This document shows positions 12,201-24,998 of a DNA stretch of 64,000 nucleotides, in pieces. The stretch spans positions 1,922,001-1,986,000 of the forward strand of contig JBHGNT010000020.1 of NCBI GenBank assembly GCA_043228905.1, in the 5' to 3' direction. The stretch comes from Azolla caroliniana (taxonomy: Eukaryota > Plantae > Polypodiophyta). The number at the start of each line of letters is the position of its first letter. Within the stretch, counting starts at the first letter, position 1. A program made the translations under genes and the position numbers. The notes beneath the pieces are model-generated. The model did not search any database and was not told the origin of the DNA. It saw nothing but the letters and a program-made list of their open reading frames with translations.

Positions 12201-15054
12201 AGTGGACCGATTGGACGACTGAGTCTGTACGACCAGTCCGATGAAGAGCCGGCGAGTAGTGGAGACTCGGCTGTGCATTCCCCACGAAGGAAGCCGAGGA
12301 GACGGCTTACGCGCAAAGAGAAAGGGAAGAAGAAGGTGTCGGATTCCAGCACAGATAGGAACAAGTCAGATCGACGCGAGTCCGACTCCGAGGGAACCGG
12401 TGACGGGTCTTTAAAGGTGAAGACCGTGTCGACCGAGAAGGCCTCGACATCGGCTAATGTGAGATTACGCCGATCTACTAGCCAGAAGAATCCTGTTTTG
12501 CGGTTCGGATACAACGAGTACATGGCGCATCATTATGCGTACATGACCCGTGTAGCGGAAGTGCGTGAGCCAGAGAGCTACGCAGAAGCGGCTAAAGACA
12601 CGAATTGGCGTGCCGCGATGGAGGAAGAGATGCACGTATTGGCAGAGAACGAGACCTGGGACCTGGTTGATGCACCAAGAGGGGTAAAACCGATCGGGTG
12701 TAGGTGGGTGTACAAGGTCAAGTACAACACCGATGGCTCGGTCAACCGGTACAAGGCTCGGCTAGTGGCAAAGGGCTACGCGTAGAAACACGGCATCGAC
12801 TACGATGAGATGTTTGCGCCGGTCGCGAAAATGACTACCGTCCGTGTTTTGCTCGCAGTAGCGGCGGTGAAGGGGTGGCACTTACATCAAATGGATGTAA
12901 AGAATGCGTTCCTGCAAGGTGACCTTGAGGAACAGGTGTACATGGTACAACCCCCCGGATTTCACTCCGGAACGAACTCCTCGGCGGTATGCCGACTGAA
13001 GAAGTCCCTTTACGGACTGAAGCAAGCCCCGCGTGCCTGGAACACGAAGATCACGCAACAACTGCGTCGGATGGGCTTCGTCACGTCAAAATCGGACTCT
13101 TCCCTGTTCATCCGGAAAGGTTGACTCGGACCGGTTAGTATTTTACTATATGTTGATGACTTGGTCATCACCGGCGCCGACCTACGTGAAATCGACCGCA
13201 TGAAGCTCCAGCTTGCAGCATCGTTCGACATGAAGGATCTGGGGGACCTTCATTACTTCCTCGGGATCGAAGTGATCCGTACCCTCGAAGGCATATTGAT
13301 CAGCCAACGTCACTACGTGCTGAGTATGCTCTTCAAATTCGGGATGGCCGACTGTAAGTCAGTTTCGACTCCTCTGGATAGAACCGTCAAGCTTCGTCCC
13401 GATACGGGAACGGTATGCGACCCTACGAGGTTCCTACAAATTGTCGGAAACCTCATATACTTGACCATCACCCGACCCGACCTCAGTTATCCGGTCGGAG
13501 TGATCAGTCAGTTCATGGCGCGACCTACCGAGGAGCACCTTCAGTGTGCGCAACGCATACTTCAGTATGTCAACGACACTAAGGACTGGGGACTGCTATA
13601 TCGGACCGGTGCAGCCGCGCAGTTAGTCGGCTACACCGATGCTGATTGGGCTGGCAACGCCGCCGATCGCCGATCCACGTCCGGATACGCGTTCTCCCTC
13701 GGGAGTGCCGCGATCGCGTGGAGCAGTAAGAAGCAGCCGACAGTTGCATTGTCGAGCACCGAAGCTGAGTACCGAGGAGCTGCTGTCGCGACATGCAAAG
13801 CCATATGGTTGAAGCGGCTACTTAAGGACCTGCAAGAGGAGGTGTCAGATCCGACGAAGATCTACTGCGACAACCTCAAAAGCATCCAGCTCGCGAAAAA
13901 CCCCTTTTTCCACGCACGGACCAAGCACATTGAGGTGCACTACCATTTCTTCTGTGAGCGTGTCCTTTCCGGTGAAGTCGAACTTCAGTACATTCCGACG
14001 GATCGGCAGATTGCCGACATCTTCACGAAGCCCCTTGGTCTAGACAAGTTACGGCAATTCTCCGGTGTGCTCGGATTGCGTCACCTCGACGTGCCAAACT
14101 TGAGGGGGAGAACAGTCCCGAACGACCAAGCAAAGCAGCAAGAAAGGAGCGGAGGCCGCGACACCGAGTCGGTTGACTCGGTTGTTGACTCGGTTGTCGA
14201 GTTCGACTTCGGATCGGCTGAAGAAGCCGAGGGCGGACCCGCGGAAAAGTCCGAAAGCGGACAGAAGGGGAGCAGCCGAAGGAGAGAGCCGAATCCAACC
14301 ACGCATGGGGAAGATGACGCCACCAAGGGCGAGAAGACCGAAGACGAGTTGGAGACAGCCAACTCGGACGGGAGCGAAAACCGATCAGAGGTAGCCGAGT
14401 CGGTTCGGATGTTTGATTCAGATACGCTGAATCAACCGAGGCCCAAGCGGAAGAAAAGGCAGTAGGAGAAGCGTCAACACCGCAACAACAAAAGAGCTGA
14501 TAAGGGCTGCATGAGCAGACAAGCCGACCGGAAGGGTCGAAGCGCGCGGAGTCGAACTGGTCGAGGAGCGCGAGCGAGGCGTGAAGCCAGTAGGAACCGG
14601 AGCTGTGAGCCCAAGGATCCCGAAGAGCCTCGAGTTGAGCTTGAGGGGGAGTGTTGAGAGACAAGCTCAACATCGGCCAGATCGGCTGAAGAAGCCGAGG
14701 ACCGGATCGGTTGGGACCGATCGGTTAGGCCGAGCGCGTAAACCGGGAGGCCGTTAGGAAAGATATTCCGTGAGGAATATATTTGGGAGTTAGTGTAGGA
14801 GCTCTTAAAGAGCATTGAAGTACGGTCAGTACTTCGGTCAATCCTTCGAGGACTTGTATAAAAGTGTTCATGCAACACACATATGTATAGAGTAGTGAAT
14901 AGAGATCTTTTGTTGAATATATAGTTCTTGTGTTTTCTCTCTCACTCTCTCTGTCTCTCCCGCGTATACTGCGTAAGCTCAAGCTCTCCATTAAACCTGA
15001 GTTTTCTTCCTTCTGTTCGGTCTTCATACTTGCTTCCGCACATTACTTTTTACA
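9278..15054 (+). mobile_element. Copia element B2, full-length but defective sister of B1
   Basis: LTRs 9278-9745 and 14652-15054; perfect TSD GATTC (9273-9277/15055-15059); PBS 9746-9757; PPT just before 14652. Confidence 0.97.
9818..14465 (+). pseudogene. B2 gag-pol with several stops and frameshifts
   Basis: All Copia domains present ([38 protein letters not shown]) but broken. Confidence 0.93.
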
Positions 15055-15059
15055 GATTC

Positions 15060-17173
15060 TATGTAACTTTTATTGATGATTGCTCAAGGAAAACATAGGT
15101 GTACTTCAGGAAAGATAAAAGTGAAGTGTTTGAATGTTTTCGTAAGTTTAAATGCATAGTAGAAAAGCAGGCTGGTACAAGAATAAAATGTTTAAGATCT
15201 GATGGAGGAGGAGAGTATTTCTCCAATGAATTTTCTGATTTTCTATGCAATCAGGGAATAAGAAGACATTTCACTTGTAGATATACTCCACAGCAAAATG
15301 GAGTTGCTGAGAGGAAAAACAGAACATTGGTGAACATTACAAGGGCTTTGATGACAGAGAAGAATATGCCATTGTACTATTGGGCAAAAGCTGTAAATAC
15401 AACCAATTATATTCTAAATAGATGTATAACATTGGGAGTACATGAAGCAACTCCTGAAGAGTGTTTCTATGGAAGGAAACCTAGTTTAGAACACTTAAAA
15501 GTGTTTGGATGGCTTGCATATGTACATGTGTCTGCAAAAGTAAGAAGTAAGCTAGATCCAAAAGCAGAAAAATGTATTTTTGTTGGCTATTCAGAAGAAC
15601 AAAAAGGGTATAGATGCTATAACCCTGTAACAAAGAAGATTGTGACAAGTAGGGATGTAATCTTTGATGAGTTAGCCAGCTAGTACAGTCCAAAACAGAA
15701 TCCAGAGACTGATGAAGACAATGAGATTGAAGACAGAGACAAATCTGAAAATGTAGAAGTCTGCCGCAGAGATGGAAGCAAGGTTGGACAACAAAGTCCA
15801 ACATCAACAGAATGTTCTGGACCATCAAAAAGCTCAGATGGTAAATCTGATTCGAATTCTTGGAGTGGAAAAAGTGGAGGACACAAAAAATGTGATGATA
15901 AAAAAGGAAAACAGAAAATGCTAGAGTATGAAATGTTGGATGACTTGTCTAAAAACATGGAAGATGAGGATTCAGATATGTCATTGGATGATTTTCTTGG
16001 TATAAGAGGATTGAAATTCCATGGTATGGAAAAAGCATTGAAGGATGCAAATCAGAAACTGAGAAGATCAGATAGAGAGAAAAAAACTGTTGAAAGATTT
16101 GGTTATGATACATATATGGCTATGCATTATGCATATATGTCTAAGGTGGTACAGATCCCTGATCCAAGTAGTTTTGATGAGGCTAAAACTGAGAAGAAAT
16201 GGGTGGATGCAATGCAAGAAGAGATTGATGCATTGGCTGAAAACAGAACATGGGATTTGGTGAAGTTACCAAAAGGAAAGAATATGGTAGGTTGCAAATG
16301 GGTCTACAAGACAAAGCATGATTCCAGTGGGAATGTAAGTAGACATAATGCAAGATTGGTTGCAAAGGGATATGCCCAAATGCAAGGAATTGATTATGAT
16401 GAGACATTTGCACTGGTTGCAAAGATGGCAACATTGAGGACATTACTGGCTATAGGTGCAGCCAGAAGATGGTTTCTTCATCATATGGATGTAAAAAATG
16501 CCTTTTTACATAGTAAGTTCGAAGAAGAAGTGTATATGTGTCAATCACCAGGTTTTGAAGATAGGAAGCATCCAGATTATGTATGTAAGCTAAAAAAGGC
16601 TCTCTATGGACTGAAACAGGCACCAAGAGCATGGCACAAAGAACTTTCAGATTATCTGAAAAAACTTGACTTCAAAATGTCAAAGGCTGATTCATCATTT
16701 TATGTTAAAAGGAAAGATGATTGTATTGTTGTGATTCTGATTTATGTTGATGATCTCATCATTGGAGGTGATTCCATGGATGAAATAAGTAAGCTGAAAA
16801 GGAATTTGGAAATCCAGTTTCATATGAAAGATTTGGGAGATCTGAGATATTTTTTGGGTATTGAAATCATCAGATTTGAAAGTGGTATATATGTGTTGCA
16901 AAGACAATATGCAACAACTATGTTGAAAAAGTATGGTATGCTTGGATGCAAACCTATTGGAGTACCACTAGATAAAAACTGCAAATTGAGGGCTGATTTG
17001 GGAGCCAAAATAGAAGATGTAAACATGTACAGGTCTATGGTGGGCAACCTTATTTATTTGACCATAACAAGACCTGATTTGAGTTATGCAGTTGGATTAG
17101 TCAGCCAATTTATGCAACAGCCAACAAAGCCGCATTTGGACTGCATTAAAAGAATTTTGAGGTATGTAAAAGC
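15060..17173 (+). pseudogene. A integrase core and reverse transcriptase
   Basis: [37 protein letters not shown]. Confidence 0.92.
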
Positions 17174-20100
17174 TGACAGGAATACACACTCCCGATGAAC
17201 AACGCTCGGCCACAACTGAGCCTAGGATCAAACACAGAAAACGGGTAATGTACGCACGACACAATGAAGAGAAGAGTACACAGGATGTTAACGTGGAAAA
17301 AAAAACCCCAAATTGGGGAAAAACCACGGCAGCCCACAGACTGCAAACTATCACTATATCACAATGTACAATAGTAAAGCACCGAGGCAACGACCTCGAG
17401 CTTGCTATCTTCGCCACAGGCGGCGGTTACAACAGAGGCAACGACCTCTTCCTCTCTCTCTCTCTCTCTCTCTCTGTACACAGTTACGCACTCAAATCTT
17501 GCACCAACAAGAATGACAACTACTATGTATACTAAGTTTGCCCTAAGTCATCTTTATACTAATATGACTTTTCGGCTATTTACAAATATAGCCCCGATGG
17601 ACTCTCAAAAAACATATTTACGAATATGTCCCTTCATCTGGTGAGCACTTCTCACCGGGCCGTCACCATCCGGCTCTTGCCAGGTACTCGTCATCCGGTT
17701 CTCACCGGGCCTTCCTTGCTGGGTACTCGTCATCCGGTTCTCACCGGGTCTTCCGTTGCCGGGTACTCCACATCCAGTTTCGGCCTCGGCCTATCGGTCT
17801 CGGCCGAGTTTGCTCATCAACACTGTTCTTCTCACTTCCCATCCGAAGGGACCTGTTTCCTAACAAACTCCCCCTTCACTCTGGCATGGGATGTCTTACT
17901 AGTCCGATCCGCTTCTGACATGCATCCAGCTTGTCGGGTATCAGTACTTTGGTCAACATATCTGACCCGTTCTCGGCCGTGTGGATCTTCGTCAGCGCGA
18001 ACTCTCGATCTTCTACTCGCTCCCGAATCCAGTGATACCTATGCTGGATGTGCTTTGTCCTGGAGTGGTACGTTGCGTTCTTAGCAAGGTGGATGGCACT
18101 TTGACTGTCGCAATAGAGTTGGTATTCATCTTGCTGGATACCGAGCTCTCCGATGAAGTCCTTCATCCATAGTATTTCCTTGCCGGCTTCCACAACCGCC
18201 ATGTACTATGCTTCCGTGGTTGACAACGCAACCGTCTTCTACAGCCTCGACTACCACGAAACAGCTCCCCCTGCATATGTCATTACATACCCGGATGTAG
18301 ACCAGCTGGTATCCACATCAGCCGACATGTCCGAATCAGTAAAACCGTCAAGTTGAGGTTTACCGGAGCCGAATCGAAGACACATATTCGAAGTGCCCTT
18401 CAAGTACCGGAGTATCCATTTGACCATGTTCCAGTGCTCCTTGCCGGGATTGATCATAAACCGGCTCACCACTCTGATTGCGTATCCTATATCCGGTCGG
18501 GTACACACCATTGCGTACATTAAGCTCCCGACGGCAGAGGCATATGGAACCTTCATCATATCAACCTTCTCTGCTTTCATCTTCGGGCTTTGCTTACCGG
18601 ATAGGCTGCAGTTTGCCGGTAGTGTCGATCCGACCGTTTTTGCTTCTAACATGTTGAACCGCTGAAGCACCTTTGTCACGTATTTCTCCTGTGACAGCCA
18701 CAATTGCTTCGTTGGCCGGTCCCGGATGATATGCATCCCCAGCATCTGTCTTGCCGGACCCAAGTCTTTCATTGCGAAAGTTCGGTTGAGAGCCTTCTTC
18801 AGCATCCGTATTTTGGCTTGGTCCCGTCCGACGATCAACATGCCGTCCACGTACAGAAGGAGTATCAGGAAGCCACCTCCTTCGAACTTCTTCACAAACA
18901 TGCAGTGATCGGCCTGCGTCTTGTGGTACCCTTGATCGGTCATGAAGGAGTCGAACTTTCGGTACCATTGTCGGGGAGCCTGCTTCAGTTCGTACAAGCT
19001 CTTCTTCAACCAGAAAACCAAGTGCTCCTTCCCTTTCTCCACGAATCCTTCCGGTTGCTGCATGTAGATCTCCGCTTCGAGGTCACCGTGAAGGAATGTC
19101 GTCTTCACGTCCAGCTGCTCTACCTCTAGGTCCATGCTTGCCGCTATACTCAGCACCGTCCGGATGGAGGTCATCTTTACTACTGGGGCAAATATCTCGT
19201 CGAAGTCCACGCCCTTCTTTTCCTGGAACCCCTTCACCAGATCCTGGCTTTGTATCTCGGGGTTTTGCCGGCATCTTCCGGTTTCAACTTGTACACCCAC
19301 ATGTTTCAGAGTGCTCGCTTTCCTTTCGGCAACTCCACCAATTCGTACGTATGGTTCTCATGCAAGGAATCCATCTCATCCTGCATGGCACTTAACCATT
19401 TGCGGCTGTGGGCGTCACTTTTAGCTTCCTCGAAGCTTTCTGGCTCCCCCTCATCGGTCAGCAGCACATGCTCTGCATCCGGAAATCTCGGGGGGGGCCT
19501 TCTCTCTTTGAGAGGATATCTACGTCTTTGGCCTTCGGCAACCGGCTCCACTATTTGTTCTTCATCCAAATCCGATTCGGGGTCTTGGTCGGTTCCGATT
19601 TCAACTTCCTCTACTTCTTCTTCTGCCGGTTCGGTATCCTCACCGTAACCGGCTGGTTCCTCGAGTTCAACCGGCTCTTAGCCGGGTGTGTCCGAATCTC
19701 ATCGGAGTTCATTATCTTCTTCTCCGACTCCCAGTCGGCAAGAGTCTTGTCCTCCATGAAGATAATATCTCGACTCCGGAAAGCCTTCTTGTCAACCGAA
19801 TCCCACACTCGGTAGCCGAACTCATCATCGTCGTATCCGAGGAATATGCATGGTCGGGTCTTTGGATCCAAATTTCCTCTCCGGTCCTTAGCAACATGCA
19901 CGTACACGAGACACCCAAACACCTTCAGATGCCGGTAGGACACTTCCTTACCGGTCCACACCTTCTGCAGTGTGTCTCCATCCAAGGGCACTGAGGGTGA
20001 TCTGTTTATCACATACGTCGTTGTTGACAATGCCTCAACCCAAAACGTCTTGGGTAATTTTGCATGCGCCAGCATACTCCGGACCCTCTCCATTATGGTC

Positions 20101-22596
20101 CGGTTCATCCTCTCGGCCAGCCCGTTTAGTTCTGGCGTCTTCGGCACGGTAAATTCGAGCCAGATTCCCTTCGAGCGACAGTACTCCTCGAACTGCCCCC
20201 GGTATTCACCTCTGTTATCTGCTCGAACCGCCTTCAGCTTCCAGCCGGTTTCTCTTTCCACTCTCGCGTGGAGCTCTTTGAAGATGGATAACACCTGATC
20301 CTTCGTCTTCAAAGGTGTGGCCCACAGCTTCCGGCTGTGGTCATCTATGAACGTCATGAAGTACTGCGATCCGGCATGAGACTTCGTGTCCACTTGACAT
20401 ACATCAGTATGCACCAACTCCAGTGGTGCATTACGTCTCATCGGTGGCCTCGATCGGAAGGAGGTCCGATTTTGTTTACCGGCCAGACAATCAGTGCACT
20501 TCTCCAAGTGCACGTTCTTCACTGGAATGAGGTTGTCGTTTGCAAGCCTCTTCATCCCATTCTCGCTCATGTGACACAGCCTCTTGTGCCGCAGCTCACC
20601 GGTAGTGTCGGAAGCCATGTTCACTTCTTCCGGGCATAACCGGGCATTCATCAGGTACAAGGTGTTTACCTTCCGGGTCCGAGCCACAATCAGGCTCCCT
20701 TTGCTTAACTTCATAACACCGTTCTGGATGCTACTCGTGTAGCCTTCATCATCTAGCCGACCGACTGATATCAGGTTCAGACAAACCTCCGGAATGTGTC
20801 AGACATCCTTCAGTAGCAGCTTGCATCCGGTTGGTGTTGTCAACCACACGTCTCCTATACCGACAATTCGGCACGTACCTTCATTCCCCATCCGGACACA
20901 GTCATGATCACCAGCTGAGTAGGATGAGAAGCATTTCCAGTCCGGGGTAAGGTGGAACGACGCTCCGAAGTCGACCACCCAGGTCATCTCGTCGTCGGCA
21001 AGGTTTATCTCACTCTCCTCGGTGATGAGCATCGACTCTTCTTCACTTGCCGTGATTGCCGTCATTCCCTTCCGGTCCGTTCCCCTCCGGTCTTTACCGT
21101 TCTGGTCCGGTGTCCGCTTCGAATCGGTACCGTCGGTTTCCTTGTCTTTTCGGAAGTGCTGACAGTTCTTCTGGAAGTGTCCCGGCTTGCCGCAATAGAA
21201 GCAGGTAGGCCTCCCCCTTGACTTTGACCGTGTCCCCGACTTCTCCAGGTTTTGGGGACTACAGTTGCTTTGTCTTCCGCGTTCCGATTCGGTAATGAGC
21301 GCTTTGGAGTCGGAGGTCGTATCCTTGTCTTTCCGACGCGCCTCCTCATCTAGTAAGCTCGATTTCACTCTTTCTAGGGATAACCGTTTTCCTTTCGGCC
21401 CGACGTTGCCCAAAGTGACAACCAACGTCTCCCAGCTATCTTGGAGGGAACCGAGCAGGAGTAATGGTAGTACCTCATCGGCGAGAGGTACTTCCAATGA
21501 TGTTGCCTAGTGGATCAGCTCCTGGAAGGCATTCATGTGCTCCACCATGCTGGAACCATCTTGGTACCAGAGTCTTACTAGCTTCCGAAATACCAAAACC
21601 TGATTAACAACATTTTTGTTCTGAAACATAATGCCGATCTTCTCCCAGAGCTCATGAGCCTTGCTCTCTTCATTGAAGTTGTTGTATAGACTCATGTCGA
21701 TGAAGCACCGTATGTACGCCGTTGTCTTCATGTGCATCACCTCCCATATCGTGGCGTTGATTTTGTCCGGTCTCTTGCCCCCAAACTGAACCGGCAACCA
21801 AAGATCTTTAACCACGAGCATGTCCCTCATCTTCGACTTCCACACCGAATAGTTGGAGCCAGTGAGCTTGAACATGCCTCCCAATGAATCGTCCATTTTT
21901 CTGTGTCGTTTCGCTCTGATACTAGTTTGACAGGAATACACGCTCTCGATGAACAACGCTCGGCCACAACCGAGCCTAGGATCAAACACAGAAAACGGGT
22001 AATGTACGCACGACACAATGAAGAGAAGAGTACACATGATGTTAACATGGAAAAAAAAAAACCCAAACTGGGGAAAAACCACGGCAACCCACAGACTGCA
22101 AACTATCACTATATCACAATGTACAATAGTAAAGCACCGAGGCAACGACCTCGAGCTTGCTATCTTCGCCATAGGCGGCGGTTACAACAGAGGCAACGAC
22201 CTCTTCCTCTCTCTCTCTCTCTCTCTCTGTACACAGTTACGCACTCAAATCTTGCACCAACAAGAATGACAACTACTATGTATACTAATTTTGCCCTAAG
22301 TCATCTTTATACTAATATGACTTTTCGACTATTTACAAATATAGCACCGATGGACTCTCAGAAAACATATTTATGAATATGTCCCTTCATCCGGTGAGCA
22401 CTTCTCACTGAGCCTTCACCATCCGGCTCTTGCCGGGTACACGTCATCTGGTTCTCACCGGGCCTTTCTTGCTGGGTACTCGTCATCCGGTTCTCACCGG
22501 GTCTTCCTTGTCGGGTACTCGTCATCCGGTTCTCACCGGGTCTTCCGTTGTTGGGTACTCCATATCTTCCCATCCGGAGGGACCTGTTTCCTAACA
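17174..22596 (-). mobile_element. Tnt1/Tork-like Copia element C, antisense within A
   Basis: LTRs 17174-17865 and 21928-22596; TSD AAAGC (17169-17173/22597-22601); mutated PBS 21913-21924; PPT 17866-17877. Confidence 0.96.
17876..21896 (-). pseudogene. C gag-pol, multiply disrupted
   Basis: CFYCGKPGHFQKNC, WVVDFGASFH, PELNGLAERMN, LYVDGM (mutated YVDD), SDMLTK. Confidence 0.92.
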
Positions 22597-22601
22597 AAAG
22601 C

Positions 22602-23076
22602 TACTCAGAACTATGGATTGTTTTACAGGGCTGATTTGGACATAAATCTGGAAGGATATACAGATGTTGATTGGGCTGGAAGCCAAACAGATAGAAGATC
22701 CACAAGTGGATATATGTTTACATTGGGAAGTGCAGGTATTTCATGGAGTAGCAAGAAACAAGCTATTGTTGCATTGTCTAGTACTGAAGCTGAGTACAGA
22801 GGAGCCTCCATAGCCACTTGTGAAGAGGTATGGATCAGAAGATTGCTTGCTGATTTGGGAGAGTATATAGATGGTACTGTCACAATCTGGTGTGACAATA
22901 TGAGTAGCATTCAGCTTGCAAAAAACCCAGTGTTCCATGCAACAACAAAGCACATTGAAGTGCATTATCACTTTATTAGAGAAAAAGTGATTGAAGGAGA
23001 AGTTGATATGGTGTATGTGAATACAAATCAGAAAGTTGTTGATATTCTCACAAAGGGATTGAGTGTGGATAGATAA
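22602..23076 (+). pseudogene. A RNase H
   Basis: GYTDVDWAG, SSTEAEY, KHIEVHYHFIRE, VDILTK. Confidence 0.92.
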
Positions 23077-23110
23077 CCCCAAGAAAGGATAAGTTGAGCT
23101 TGAGGGGGAG

Positions 23111-23559
23111 TGTTGAGAAGCAAGCTCAACATGGTATGTGATGCTTATTGGGAAATAAGCTATAGTAGCTATTTAGCTACTTGTGAACATAAAGGAGAAA
23201 CAACTAATTAGCTACTGACAGCTGTTTAGCGACTAACAGCTAATTAGCTGCATATGTAAGTAACTTATTACTTAGGTAAAAAAGTAAGAGAGTAGGTAAG
23301 TAAGAAATATACATGAAGTAGAACTCTGAGAGAGAGAGTGAGGATAGAGAGGAAGAACTCAGAGAGTGAGAACAGAAGAGAGAAATAGACGAGAGCAAGT
23401 AGAGCTCTACGTGTAATGAAATAGAAGAAGTTTTGGCTGCTACAGAGGTAAGTCTCCTTCCCCCTTCCCTTCTGTGTTTGCGCACCAAACGATCCAGCAC
23501 ACCACGATCCGCCGCGCACATAGGAAGAGCCCGAGTGCCTTCTTCACGTTTTCTTAACA
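23111..23559 (+). repeat. 3' LTR of A
   Basis: Matches 2576-3011 apart from a 12-bp indel and scattered substitutions. Confidence 0.95.
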
Positions 23560-23564
23560 AATAT

Positions 23565-24480
23565 GACCCTCAAGCAAGTTTCTAAAGCTACTTGCTCATG
23601 GTTAGACCCCTTATCAGAACTACATATCATGTACCATAATGGGATACCAACTCCCATGACATTTGGGGCCATAGTTGCATATAATGGCAAGCCAAATTGG
23701 TTTGTTTTAAACGTGGAGTCGATTGCCCAAGAGTTGTTTATTGACAATCCCTCACACATCTCTAACATCCATTCATCTTGGAGCACCAAGATGAATGGTT
23801 GCCTTGCAGGAGATCCATGTTCACTAGGCAAGTAGGGTTGGACATGAGCCACCTTCCCAAGATCTCGGAGGGCATAGGCATCTTGCATCATCAAAGATCA
23901 ATCAACTTCACACATAGCACTCCCAAATTTTAACTTGTTGGCCATGTTATGAACCTCCTTTGTTATCATAAAGAACCTATAACTCACAAGGTCTAATGAA
24001 CTAGCCTTGGACTTATGATATGCTTCCTTACACATGCTCATTCGTGCCACATGTCGTGCGCATCCAACATCAAAAAGGTCATATCTACAACAACTTATAA
24101 CATTTGGAGCCACCGGCAAATAGTATGCATCTGGTCTACTTCCCAGTACATGACCCGTATGAGTTCCATATATTGAAAGGGTCATTGTCCCATGGTCAAC
24201 CTCGTCATTCATTCGAGCGTTCACATGAAAAGTACACCCACATTAGGATGAATGCTTTCTACGTCGGGTGCATGGATATTGCTTGTTGGCCACACCGGAT
24301 CGGTGACAATTATACCTAGTCACCTGTGCACCCCTTGTGGCCCCTATACGGAAGCATGTGTGATACCTCAATTGAACATCTATGAGCGTATCATCAATCT
24401 GTCAGAGTACCCGTCAAAGAATGGTGCGATGCGCCACAATGTGACGCCAGTACTATCTCCCTCCATTTCTCTACGTGCGT
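23565..24480 (-). pseudogene. MULE transposase, N-terminal part
   Basis: CTFHVNARM...YGTHTGH (zinc-finger-like) and WAIDSTFKTNQFGLPLY (first catalytic D). Confidence 0.85.
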
Positions 24481-24659
24481 AACCTGAAGATGAGGCGATG
24501 CCTTAAGGTGTATTACATTCTCATTTCTAATGTTAAGAGGTAATTAATTGGAGATGGAATCAGCTCTGATTAAAATGACGGTGAAGGGTTTAATGTGACT
24601 TAAAATGTGATTAATTTAAATGTTAATATGACCGTTTTTTTGGCTGAATGTGATTAACA

Positions 24660-24998
24660 GGTTGGGCGACCTGGCTTATGGTTGGGTGACCATATTAAAA
24701 GAGGTTGGGCGACCTGGATTTTGATCGTGAACTGTTTTTTAAAACGGTTGGGTGACCTGGATTAGGACAGAGAATGTTTTTTAATAGGTTTGGGTGACCT
24801 TCTTTATTACCATCGATGTTTTTTACGAGGGTTGGGTGACCTGCTTATTTTCCATATTTAAACAGGTTGGTTGACCTGGATTATGAGAGAATGAGGTTTA
24901 AGAGGTTTGGGCGACCTAGATTATGAGAGGATTAATTTTAAGAGGTTTGGGCAACCTGGTTTATTACCATTTATGTTTTTTACAAGGGTTGGGCGATC
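24660..24998 (-). repeat. Right subterminal array of GGTTGGGCGACC (about 10 copies), reverse complement of the left array
   Basis: Copies near 24660, 24680, 24703, 24746, 24788, 24830, 24865, 24904, 24944 and 24987. Confidence 0.9.

Larger units (their letters stand above)
2576..23559 (+). mobile_element. Ty1/Copia LTR retrotransposon A (AT-rich, defective), host of B1, B2 and C
   Basis: TG...CA LTRs at 2576-3011 and 23111-23559; TSD AATAT (2571-2575/23560-23564); PBS TGGTATCAGAGC 3012-3023; PPT GAGGGGGAG 23102-23110; gag-PR-INT-RT-RH order. Confidence 0.97.

Noticed and set aside
5270-14878. Many overlapping and antisense ORFs in B (similarly in C, E-I)
   Set aside because: These are shadow ORFs expected in GC-rich retroelement sequence. 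No recognisable domains and no env-like ORF were seen.
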